From Dehalococcoidia bacterium (GTDB lineage: Bacteria; Chloroflexota; Dehalococcoidia; Lucifugimonadales; UBA3495): 64,000 bases of DNA. Shown here piece after piece: positions 18,345 through 25,896 of this stretch. How positions within the stretch are numbered: position 1 is the first letter of the stretch; every line of letters starts with the position of its first letter. A program made the translations under genes and the position numbers. Below the pieces are notes generated by a model, which searched no databases, had not been told where the DNA came from, and saw only the letters and a program-made list of their open reading frames with translations. Location of the stretch: assembly GCA_965232895.1 (NCBI GenBank), contig OZ247430.1:131388-195387 (forward strand), given 5' to 3'.

Positions 18345-19352
18345 CTAGACCTCGCGGAAGGCCGGTTCCGCCTCTTCGATGTGGAAGTTGTTGGCCCAGA
18401 GATCGTCGATGATGGCCTGGTCGCCCTCGGTGATTGGCGGCGTGTCCACGGCGTCGGAGTACTCCTTCAATTCGTCCAGCGTGGTGAAGTTCGGCAACAC
18501 GCTGGTGATGGTCGGTTGGTGGAGCACAAATTGGATGGCGGCTTGGCTCATGGTTCGCCCCACCTCTTCGCCGGCGAGGAATTTCACCTGCTCGACTTTG
18601 ACCAACGCCTCGCTCAGCCACTGGTGCCGGCGATACGAGCGGTGGTCGTTCTCGTCGAATTCCGGCGGCGCGTCGTATCGGCCCGTCAGCGCCTCGGAGG
18701 CGTGGGGCACGCGGGACAGCAGTCCGACCTGTTCCTTCTTCGCGATGGGGAAAAAGTCCTTCGCCGGGTCCTGCTCGAGGATGCTGTAGATGATTTGGCA
18801 GCTGCTGACGTGGCGTTCCTCCATGCTGGCCTGGCCTTCCTCGAACCAGCCGATGTCGGGGCCCAATGCGGAGCCGTAGTAACGGATTTTGCCCTCGTGC
18901 TTCAATTCTTCGAGGGTCTCAAAGACCTCGTCGTTTTCGATGGCCTCGATGCGCGGGTTGTGCAGCTGGTACAGATCGATGTAGTCGGTCTTGAGCCGGC
19001 GCAGCGATTGCTCGCAGGCGAATCGAATGAACTCCGGCTCGAACTTCTGCGGACGCTCCTGGTGGCCGACCCGCGGCGTCGTCTGGTCGTAGATGTCATA
19101 GCCGAACTTGGTGGCGATGATCATCTCGTGGCGGCGGTGGCTCATGAACTTGGCGAGGACGTCTTCGCCGTAGCCGTCGCCGTAGGTGTCGGCGGTGTCG
19201 AAGAAGTTGATGCCCAGTTCCAGCGCCTCCTCCAGAAGTTGGCGGCGCGTTTCCTCGGGGATGCGGCCCCACCAGTTGGTGGCCACGGTCCAAATGCCGA
19301 AGCCGACTTCGGAGAGCATCAGGTCGGTGCGGGGGAGTTGGCGGTATTTCAT
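18345..19352 (-). CDS. aldo/keto reductase
   Basis: Motifs GFGIWTV, NFFDTADTYGDGYGE, DLYQLHNP and YYGSALG. Confidence 0.9.
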   Translation of the reverse strand: MKYRQLPRTDLMLSEVGFGIWTVATNWWGRIPEETRRQLLEEALELGINFFDTADTYGDGYGEDVLAKFMSHRRHEMIIATKFGYDIYDQTTPRVGHQERPQKFEPEFIRFACEQSLRRLKTDYIDLYQLHNPRIEAIENDEVFETLEELKHEGKIRYYGSALGPDIGWFEEGQASMEERHVSSCQIIYSILEQDPAKDFFPIAKKEQVGLLSRVPHASEALTGRYDAPPEFDENDHRSYRRHQWLSEALVKVEQVKFLAGEEVGRTMSQAAIQFVLHQPTITSVLPNFTTLDELKEYSDAVDTPPITEGDQAIIDDLWANNFHIEEAEPAFREV

Positions 19353-19359
19353 AATCTAA

Positions 19360-19968
19360 TCATCCTTGAGTGGCGTCGCTTAGCCAACGGCTCATGCCTT
19401 CAATGAATTCGTCTCGTATTGTACTGGAGGAACCGCAAAATTCCGCTATCAGTTGCTCTTTAAATGCCTGCGGATCATCGCCGTTGGGAACCACAAACGA
19501 ACCGATCGGATCGCACGCGATGGCCATATCTTTGCCGTTGGCAAACGTCCGGTTGACCGTCATCCCCAAGGGCCCGGCGCTGGACGGCCAGGTAGCGTCA
19601 ACGTTCATCCAACCCACATCGGTTTTCAGGCGTATGTAGGTATGCACGTCCGGCACGGGCTCCAGGGTCACCAGGGAGTTGAGCTCTGCGGGGAAATGGG
19701 AGGTGTTTTCTCGCGTGAACCGATGTGTGCACATGACGATCCGCGTCTCCATGCCGAGCTCGCGGAAGATCTCGTCCAATAGGTAGTGCTTCCCGGAGCA
19801 GGTGCCGCGCCATTCGCGGACGATGGCCTCGGGCTCTCGCGTACTGGCGCGCTGGTAGGGCATGTCGCGCACGAGGGCGAAAGCGGAAGCGGCGGTGAGC
19901 CCTTCACCGTCGGCGACGAGGTTGCGCCGGCGGCTTTCCTGTTCCAGCAGGGAGAGAAGGGTTGGCAT
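19360..19968 (-). CDS. transglutaminase-like cysteine peptidase-fold protein
   Basis: Candidate Cys-His-Asp triad context: WRGTCSGKHYLL ... PDVHTYIRL ... MNVDATW. Confidence 0.65.
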   Translation of the reverse strand: MPTLLSLLEQESRRRNLVADGEGLTAASAFALVRDMPYQRASTREPEAIVREWRGTCSGKHYLLDEIFRELGMETRIVMCTHRFTRENTSHFPAELNSLVTLEPVPDVHTYIRLKTDVGWMNVDATWPSSAGPLGMTVNRTFANGKDMAIACDPIGSFVVPNGDDPQAFKEQLIAEFCGSSSTIRDEFIEGMSRWLSDATQG

Positions 19969-19987
19969 GGTGGTGTGTCCTTATGCG

Positions 19988-20386
19988 TTACGGTGGGATG
20001 TCACCGGCCCAACCGCGTCTCAAACCGGAAGCTGCGGCCAGTTCCTCATTGGCAGCGTCAACCACCAGCGCCAGTACCTGTAACGTGGTCGCTCCGATGC
20101 ATTGACCGCTGTCATCTGGCCAGAAGGCTACCGGACAAGTTCCGGCAGCAACCTGTCCCGAAGGCAGGGCGATGGAAAGTCGAGCTTCTCCGCGCTGGCA
20201 CTCCAGAGTACTGCCGTCGGCCAGATAATATAAGACCGGGTTGCCCGTTGGTTGAATTTGCAACCCTTCCAGCAGATCCGAGGGAAACGCTGAGTCCGAT
20301 GCACCGGTATCCACCAGTGCTGATACCGGCAACATATCGCCGCCGTTTACGTTGCCGATCAGGACGTCTGCGTAAAATGTGCCCAT
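19988..20386 (-). CDS. retropepsin-like (clan AA) aspartic peptidase, single-lobe
   Basis: LVDTGASDS active-site motif. Its 132 aa is the size of a dimerising single lobe. Start at MGTFYADV with AGGAA upstream. Confidence 0.65.
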   Translation of the reverse strand: MGTFYADVLIGNVNGGDMLPVSALVDTGASDSAFPSDLLEGLQIQPTGNPVLYYLADGSTLECQRGEARLSIALPSGQVAAGTCPVAFWPDDSGQCIGATTLQVLALVVDAANEELAAASGLRRGWAGDIPP

Positions 20387-20406
20387 GGTTGTTCCTACTG
20401 TTTTGG

Positions 20407-20574
20407 TTAGATCGAGCAAGTGGCGGAGTGTACGTCGTCAGGGCTTACCGATTTAGCCAAGCGCTCAGCCAGGTCGGCCCGGCCCCAGCCGCGCAGCACG
20501 TCGCACACCTCGGCGACCGAGCGGGGGCTGGCGAGGGCGTCCGCGGGTAGGGGGCGGAGAGTGGTGTGGTGCAT
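20407..20574 (-). pseudogene. 55-codon ORF that duplicates only the N-terminal module of the 21022..21462 gene (remnant or mini-paralogue)
   Basis: MHHTTLRPLPADALASPRSVAEVCDVLRGWGRADLA... aligns with MRSAPRPIPPDALAGLCSVAEVCDVLRGWGRADLA.... The DNA at 20461..20557 matches 21352..21448 at 82/97 positions by hand. Confidence 0.35.
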
Positions 20575-20599
20575 GATCGGGGTCCGGTTATTAGGTCGG

Positions 20600-21031
20600 T
20601 CAAGCGGTGGGGTGGACTTCTTGAACCTGTCGCGCCAACGCCGCCGCGGTGTCGGTATCATCTGCGGTGTAACCGAGTATGCCAGAGTGCGACGGGTCGT
20701 GCGATTCTCCCAATGCTACGATTTGTATGTCCAGGTTCAAGTCGCTCTTGCACGCCCCGATGGCAACGCCGACATTGAGGACAGCAAACGCCGTATTACG
20801 CCTGACGCGGAAACCCTTGTCCGTCAAAGCTCGGTGAACTCCGATGATTTGTTCCTGTCGGTCCGAATCGTGAAAATGCTCCAGCCAGTTGGTTGACAGG
20901 AATTCTTCGCCTGGCCGGAGCAGAAACGCGCTTCGAGCGACTATTCCGTCCGCTATGTCCCGCCGCCGGCAAAATCGCGCGACATGGTGATGACCCGATA
21001 ATTCGCGCCGTTGGGCAGAGGCTAGCGACAT
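20600..21031 (-). CDS. hypothetical protein (143 aa) in AIPR cluster
   Basis: Overlaps the upstream gene by 10 nt. Contains FLSTNWLEHF and HDPSHSGILGY. No family recognised. Confidence 0.5.
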   Translation of the reverse strand: MSLASAQRRELSGHHHVARFCRRRDIADGIVARSAFLLRPGEEFLSTNWLEHFHDSDRQEQIIGVHRALTDKGFRVRRNTAFAVLNVGVAIGACKSDLNLDIQIVALGESHDPSHSGILGYTADDTDTAAALARQVQEVHPTA

Positions 21032-21462
21032 ACGAACAAGCCCTCATCGGCCAGTTTTTGCACAATCACCCGACGGGAAGCGGTTTTCTTCCCGCTTCGG
21101 ATGTTGATGAACTTGCCGGCTCGGTCGGTGGCTGTGAACATGATACGGTCGGCGTCCAAAAACCACAGGCCGGCGTCTCTATTGTCAGCGAATTCCCACT
21201 CGGCGCAAATCCAACCTTCCTGCGTGCAGGTCATACGTACTTTCCCGTCAGTTTCCACCGCGCCGAAAAATGCCAGAAATCCTCGGGCGCTTTCCAGAGT
21301 CAGCGGAACGTCGCCGTCATCCAGGTCCTCATCCGAGGCAAGGTAGGTCATGCGCACAGCCAAGTCAGCCCGGCCCCAGCCACGCAGCACGTCGCATACC
21401 TCAGCGACGGAGCAGAGGCCAGCGAGGGCGTCCGGGGGAATGGGACGGGGCGCAGATCGCAT
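21022..21462 (-). CDS. hypothetical protein (146 aa) in AIPR cluster
   Basis: Starts 17 nt after the AIPR stop. Its N-terminal module is shared with 20407..20574. No family recognised. Confidence 0.5.
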   Translation of the reverse strand: MRSAPRPIPPDALAGLCSVAEVCDVLRGWGRADLAVRMTYLASDEDLDDGDVPLTLESARGFLAFFGAVETDGKVRMTCTQEGWICAEWEFADNRDAGLWFLDADRIMFTATDRAGKFINIRSGKKTASRRVIVQKLADEGLFVCR

Positions 21463-21479
21463 AGTTGGGCAAAAGCTCG

Positions 21480-23306
21480 CTAGGGCACCGGGAGATTCGC
21501 GAACGGGTCGCCGAAATCGCGTGCCATGCGGAAAGCTCCCTGTAGATTAGATTCCATCAATCGATAGCTTGCGGCAGAGCGGAAAAATTCTTTGTGGTTC
21601 CCGGTGAAATTGTGGTTGTCCCTGGCTTGCCGCAGCGTGTTCCTGATGGAAGTTACCGCAACTGTGTATAACGGACTAAACCACTCATCGATTTGCTCGA
21701 CAATGGCTGAAGCCCGGTCCGACGAAAACAGGTAACCTTCGAGCTGGTAACGCTCACGTAACAGGTTTCCTATCAGCCAAACTATGTGAAAGCTTGAGTA
21801 ACCCACCCAGTCCTCTTCCCTTTTATCGACCGCGACCTGTTTATTTGCCTTGCGCTGAACCACCGCAGGGAGCAGCAATTGTTCTGCGGTCACGCTACCA
21901 GTGTAGATGGAGTCATAGCTGAATTCACTTTCTCGAGCGATCGATGACACCGGCCCTTTGTTCAGAAACTCCCGGATCTTGTCTTTGGCTTCTCCCGGAA
22001 AGCCGGCAAACGACACCACCGCTTGGGCGACATCTTTGCTTGCCAATTTTCGATATTCTCTTCCTGACTGACGATAAGGCTCTTTGGCGGATTGGCCACC
22101 GATCATCTTGTTCCATTCCCCGGCTTTGATTTCGTAGAACCAAGGAGGAGCCAAAGCCGCAAATTCTCGCTGCAATCTGATTTGGACGGCTTCGTTGGAG
22201 ATGAAATCTTGGGCGCGCATGGCGGTTTGTCTGTTGGTGGTTCGGGCGATGGTTCGTGAGAAATGCTCCGGGCATTCGGTGAGTTTCACGGTCACCAGTA
22301 CGCTCGGGTCATCTCGGATGATCGCCCTCACATTCCATATAGTGACTGTGGTTTGACAGCCGTTGATGATCTGGAAATTTTGAACAAACAGTTGATTGCC
22401 TACCAACCGGTAGGAGTCGCAAATCGCTGTGATGCCGTTGTTCAGCAAATGAAACCGCCTGCGATCCGTCGCGTCGTTCAAAGTCCGCTTGATTTCAGCA
22501 TTAACTTTATTACCCAAGGGCCCGCGAGGATTCAAACGAAATATCCTGTAGCTGTGCCTGGCGAACACATTGATGATTTGCCGGGCCGGCACCGTCATCG
22601 ACAAAGTGGGATAATCGGTATCGGTTCCGGTTTGGTGAAACGTTCCGGGCTCCAGTCGGAACGTGAAATCGCAAGGTTCGCTCATGTCGTCGCTATTTTG
22701 TTGGTTGACATAGTGATCGTATAGATCGGCTAGGTCTAGGCACTCTAGTGTCACCGTAACCTCAACAGGGTTGTTGTTGATACTTACAGTGAGTTTCCGT
22801 GAACTGCTTTCCTCCGCATTTCGTCGGGCCGCATCGGTCAGCGAGCCGCTTGTCGCCCATATCAAATTGATCGAACAGGGGCGGTCACGTGAGGTCAGCC
22901 TTTTCACCAGTTCATCATGCAGGGCCTTGGTCTCGTCGTTCCGACTGGCGGCGACTTCATTGGCACTCAACAAGCGGTTAGGAGCATTCAAGAAAGCAGA
23001 GATTTCCCGGGGTCCCATCGAAGTTCCGGGCTGGCGGTGCTTGCTTTGGAACAAGTGAACAACCGAATCATCATCCGATTCTGGGATGAAGTACCCGTCA
23101 ACCTCGAAGTCATCCGCGCCGTCTATGGCGGTGGCTTCGATGATGTCATTGCCTGAAACGTCGTGACCTATGGCGAACACCGTGGCGAATGCCCAATGGC
23201 GAAATCCCCGGTCGAGATTGCCGCCGTAGTACTCGTCCGCCGCCTCTTCAATGAACGGCAGGATGTGGTCATAGCGGTCTTGGGCTGCTTGTCGTCGGCT
23301 GGTCAT
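21480..23306 (-). CDS. AIPR (abortive infection phage resistance) family protein
   Basis: Central motifs RFHLLNNGITAICDS and QIINGCQTTVTIWN match my recollection of the AIPR domain. The N-terminal IDGADDFEVDGYFI...VHLFQSKH resembles the nuclease-like head of these proteins. 608 aa, in a lower-GC segment. Confidence 0.75.
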   Translation of the reverse strand: MTSRRQAAQDRYDHILPFIEEAADEYYGGNLDRGFRHWAFATVFAIGHDVSGNDIIEATAIDGADDFEVDGYFIPESDDDSVVHLFQSKHRQPGTSMGPREISAFLNAPNRLLSANEVAASRNDETKALHDELVKRLTSRDRPCSINLIWATSGSLTDAARRNAEESSSRKLTVSINNNPVEVTVTLECLDLADLYDHYVNQQNSDDMSEPCDFTFRLEPGTFHQTGTDTDYPTLSMTVPARQIINVFARHSYRIFRLNPRGPLGNKVNAEIKRTLNDATDRRRFHLLNNGITAICDSYRLVGNQLFVQNFQIINGCQTTVTIWNVRAIIRDDPSVLVTVKLTECPEHFSRTIARTTNRQTAMRAQDFISNEAVQIRLQREFAALAPPWFYEIKAGEWNKMIGGQSAKEPYRQSGREYRKLASKDVAQAVVSFAGFPGEAKDKIREFLNKGPVSSIARESEFSYDSIYTGSVTAEQLLLPAVVQRKANKQVAVDKREEDWVGYSSFHIVWLIGNLLRERYQLEGYLFSSDRASAIVEQIDEWFSPLYTVAVTSIRNTLRQARDNHNFTGNHKEFFRSAASYRLMESNLQGAFRMARDFGDPFANLPVP

Positions 23307-23307
23307 T

Positions 23308-23628
23308 TCAGTTCCCCAAGTGCAGCATGATGAGATCGTCTTGCCAGGGAAGGTTCCTGATCCACCGGCGCAACCTGGCTTTTTCAGATTGTCCCAAGCC
23401 TTTCTGGTTCGCCCAGATGTTGGCCCGTTTGCGCAAACCTACACGGCTGAATTCGTATAGGCCATTGTTGTCCCAGGAACCACCCCAGGTGTCGTCGTCA
23501 TCCCAAGGGTCGTCGCCTCGACCCGTGTCCGGGTCAAGCATCAGGTCAAACAGAAAATCGTAGATTGGCGGGGTAGGTCGCTTCAGGCCCTGGTATTCGG
23601 TTTTGACCGCCCAAACGTCCAGTCCCAT
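23308..23628 (-). CDS. hypothetical acidic Trp-rich protein (106 aa) immediately upstream of AIPR
   Basis: The stop TGA is separated from the AIPR ATG by 1 nt. GGAAGG lies 8 nt upstream of its ATG. Contains DDPWDDDDTWGGSWDNNG. No family recognised. Confidence 0.5.
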   Translation of the reverse strand: MGLDVWAVKTEYQGLKRPTPPIYDFLFDLMLDPDTGRGDDPWDDDDTWGGSWDNNGLYEFSRVGLRKRANIWANQKGLGQSEKARLRRWIRNLPWQDDLIMLHLGN

Positions 23629-23720
23629 GGTTTTCGCCTTCCAAAATTTAGGATGGCTTTGGTTTAGCGGACCTCGCTACCATCCGTCAACAACCAACTG
23701 TCAGCAAATTTCAGTGCCCC

Positions 23721-23759
23721 CTAAGCCGGCGCCAGGCCCAAGATTCCGCGCACCGCTTC
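23721..23759. repeat. displaced copy of the 3' end of the DUF1802 gene (direct repeat, left copy)
   Basis: Matches 24650..24688 at 33/39 positions by hand. Its reverse-strand reading EAVRGILGLAPA* parallels the real C-terminus EAVRGSLGLVPA*. Confidence 0.7.
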
Positions 23760-23761
23760 TC

Positions 23762-24175
23762 TCAGGAGAGGCCGCGAACGAACTCCGTCACATTGAGTAC
23801 TGGAAAGTCCCACAGGCCGTCGCAGTTCAGCAAATCAGGGTCAATGCTCACGATAGCGTCGGCCTCCTTGGCCATCGCCAGATCAACGAAGGGTTGGTCT
23901 TTTTCGTCCTGACACACCTTGATTTCCGAATCCGGCACGTCCCGAATGTATTCGGCGTATTTCAGGTACTCGGCTAAAATGGAGTCTCGCTCGGCTTCGG
24001 AGATACCAAACCTGGGATCCCCCAACTTTTCCCGAAATTCTTCATAGGTGGCCCGGGACACCAGTGGCACCAGGCGACCGCTTCTCATCGCTACCCAAAT
24101 ACTGCTGTCTCTGAGTCCCGATCTTGCCTGGGTCAAGTGCACGCCCGTGTCCAGCACTACCCGGGGAACCTTCAC
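23762..24175 (-). CDS. PIN-domain toxin-like protein
   Basis: GTG start overlapping the upstream stop (GTGA). Acidic PIN positions are VVLDTGV, DEKDQPFVDLA and ADAIVSIDPDL. Confidence 0.7.
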   Translation of the reverse strand: MKVPRVVLDTGVHLTQARSGLRDSSIWVAMRSGRLVPLVSRATYEEFREKLGDPRFGISEAERDSILAEYLKYAEYIRDVPDSEIKVCQDEKDQPFVDLAMAKEADAIVSIDPDLLNCDGLWDFPVLNVTEFVRGLS

Positions 24176-24534
24176 GGGCGGATGATCTCGAGAATCTCGT
24201 CATCGGTCAGATCGGCAGTAGCATCGCGGAGCTTCGCCATCGCGTCATCAAAAGGAATCCCGTCAAACGGGCAGAGGGTGGACTCTCCATCATGGCGTGC
24301 CACTACCCTGAAACCGTCGGAGACAAAATCCGCGGCATAATTATCGGCAACCGTGAACGTGGGGCAACCGCGCTCCCAACCGGACCGGAGCGCTCCCACG
24401 AAGAGGTCCAATATAAGCTCTGGGATATCCAGGCCCACCTCATCGGCGCGAACTTTCAACTCGGCCGCTAATCTGGACGTAACAGGCACCGACACCGCTT
24501 CGTACCCATCACCCCGGTAAACGTGGTACATCAT
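24172..24534 (-). CDS. putative cognate antitoxin (120 aa, family not recognised)
   Basis: Sits upstream of the PIN gene with a 4-nt overlap. GGAG lies 8 nt upstream of the ATG. Confidence 0.45.
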   Translation of the reverse strand: MMYHVYRGDGYEAVSVPVTSRLAAELKVRADEVGLDIPELILDLFVGALRSGWERGCPTFTVADNYAADFVSDGFRVVARHDGESTLCPFDGIPFDDAMAKLRDATADLTDDEILEIIRP

Positions 24535-24649
24535 GCTGTAATCTCCTGCACAGGGGTCGGAAAGCGACCGCTGATTAGCGGTGCATTATACATACCAACC
24601 AGATCAGTCACGCCCAAGTGCATGGCAAAAGGGCTGCTCGCTCCCGGCC

Positions 24650-24688
24650 CTACGCCGGCACCAACCCCAGGCTTCCGCGCACCGCTTC
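24650..24688. repeat. direct repeat, right copy (authentic 3' end of DUF1802 gene)
   Basis: See 23721..23759. Confidence 0.7.
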
Positions 24689-25240
24689 GGCCATCTCGTT
24701 GAAGCGGGCGTCGTCGAGGACGGGGGTGGCGTTGCCGAGGCGGACGGTGGGGATGACGTCCACCCAGGACTTGCAGCCGCCGTACTCGGGAATGAACGGT
24801 GCAGTGGTCGCGTTTTCCATCTTGTAAACGCGCAGCAGCATGATGGTCAGCGGCACCATGGGCTTCCAGTGGAGGCGGGACTGGGCGTAGGTGTCCGTCC
24901 AGATGTGGTGCGGCGCCAGGTCTTCCACCTTGCCCTGCTGGTCGATCTCGATGAGCTCATGGACTCGGGCCCAGTGGGTGAAGGTGACGGCGTCCTTGTC
25001 GTCCGGGTCGTCGGCCAGCAATTGCCGCAGCGCGGGCTGGTGACTGTCCTTGAGCAGGTCTTCCTTCTGGTGCAGGTAGGTGGGGTAGAGCAGGAACTCG
25101 GGGTGCACCACCCGGAAATCCTTGCTCTCCTCGTGGATGCCGCCCTTGCGCAGCATCATGATCTGGTCGCCGTCGGCCAGGGCTTTGACGGTGACCGCCC
25201 ACTCTTTCAGGGCCAGTTGGCAGGTCGCAGGGATGGTCAT
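24650..25240 (-). CDS. DUF1802-family protein
   Basis: ALKEWAVTVKALADGDQIMMLRKGGI and TYAQSRLHWKP match my recollection of DUF1802. GGAGG is upstream. Confidence 0.65.
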   Translation of the reverse strand: MTIPATCQLALKEWAVTVKALADGDQIMMLRKGGIHEESKDFRVVHPEFLLYPTYLHQKEDLLKDSHQPALRQLLADDPDDKDAVTFTHWARVHELIEIDQQGKVEDLAPHHIWTDTYAQSRLHWKPMVPLTIMLLRVYKMENATTAPFIPEYGGCKSWVDVIPTVRLGNATPVLDDARFNEMAEAVRGSLGLVPA

Positions 25241-25275
25241 GGCCTCAACCTCCGTTGGTAGTTGCTCTTCATTCC

Positions 25276-25362
25276 GTCAGAATCAGGATTTGCCGGATTC
25301 AGAGATTTCCAGGATTTCGCTAATCCGGTAAATCATGCAATCTCGAAAATCCTGATTCTGAC
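25276..25362. repeat. 87-bp MITE-like element with perfect 15-bp terminal inverted repeats
   Basis: gtcagaatcaggatt (25276..25290) and aatcctgattctgac (25348..25362) are exact reverse complements. Confidence 0.65.
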
Positions 25363-25372
25363 AATCATCAAG

Positions 25373-25846
25373 TTAATGGCCGCGGCTGCAAAATTCATCC
25401 CAGCCGGGAACGTCTTCGCCAGTGACGTAGAGCCAGTAGTAGGCGCCGATGTCGCCCATGTACTTGAACTGCTTGCGCACGTCCTTGATGGTGGCCTCGA
25501 GGTCGCCGTGGGAGCGCAGGTAGTTGCGGATGTCTCCGCCGTGCTCCTCCTCCAGCTCGATGAGTTTCTGGGCGTTGTGCACGGTGGCGACGATCTTGCG
25601 ACGGTTCCGTATGATAGCCGGGTCGGCGGCCAGCGTGTCGATGGCCGACTCGTCCATCGCGGCCACCGCCGCAACGTCGAACCCCTGGAACCCGGCCTGG
25701 AACCCGGGCCACTTGGTGTTAACCACCTTCCACGACATCCCGCTCTGGAACACCGCCTTGGTCATGACCTCCAGGTAGTCGTCCAGGCTCCGGGGTTCGA
25801 TCTGTTCCGGAGCTTCGGGATGCTGCCGTTCCTCCTGGGTGGTCAT
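25373..25846 (-). CDS. tag: DNA-3-methyladenine glycosylase I-like protein
   Basis: Motifs AVFQSGMSWKVV, FDVAAVAAM and PAIIRNRRKIVATVHNA. Start set at MTTQEERQ because the longer track ORF runs into tatD. Confidence 0.7.
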   Translation of the reverse strand: MTTQEERQHPEAPEQIEPRSLDDYLEVMTKAVFQSGMSWKVVNTKWPGFQAGFQGFDVAAVAAMDESAIDTLAADPAIIRNRRKIVATVHNAQKLIELEEEHGGDIRNYLRSHGDLEATIKDVRKQFKYMGDIGAYYWLYVTGEDVPGWDEFCSRGH

Positions 25847-25896
25847 AACTTGCTCCTTGACAAAACAGCCTGGGCCGCGAATGCGGGCAGGCGCTA

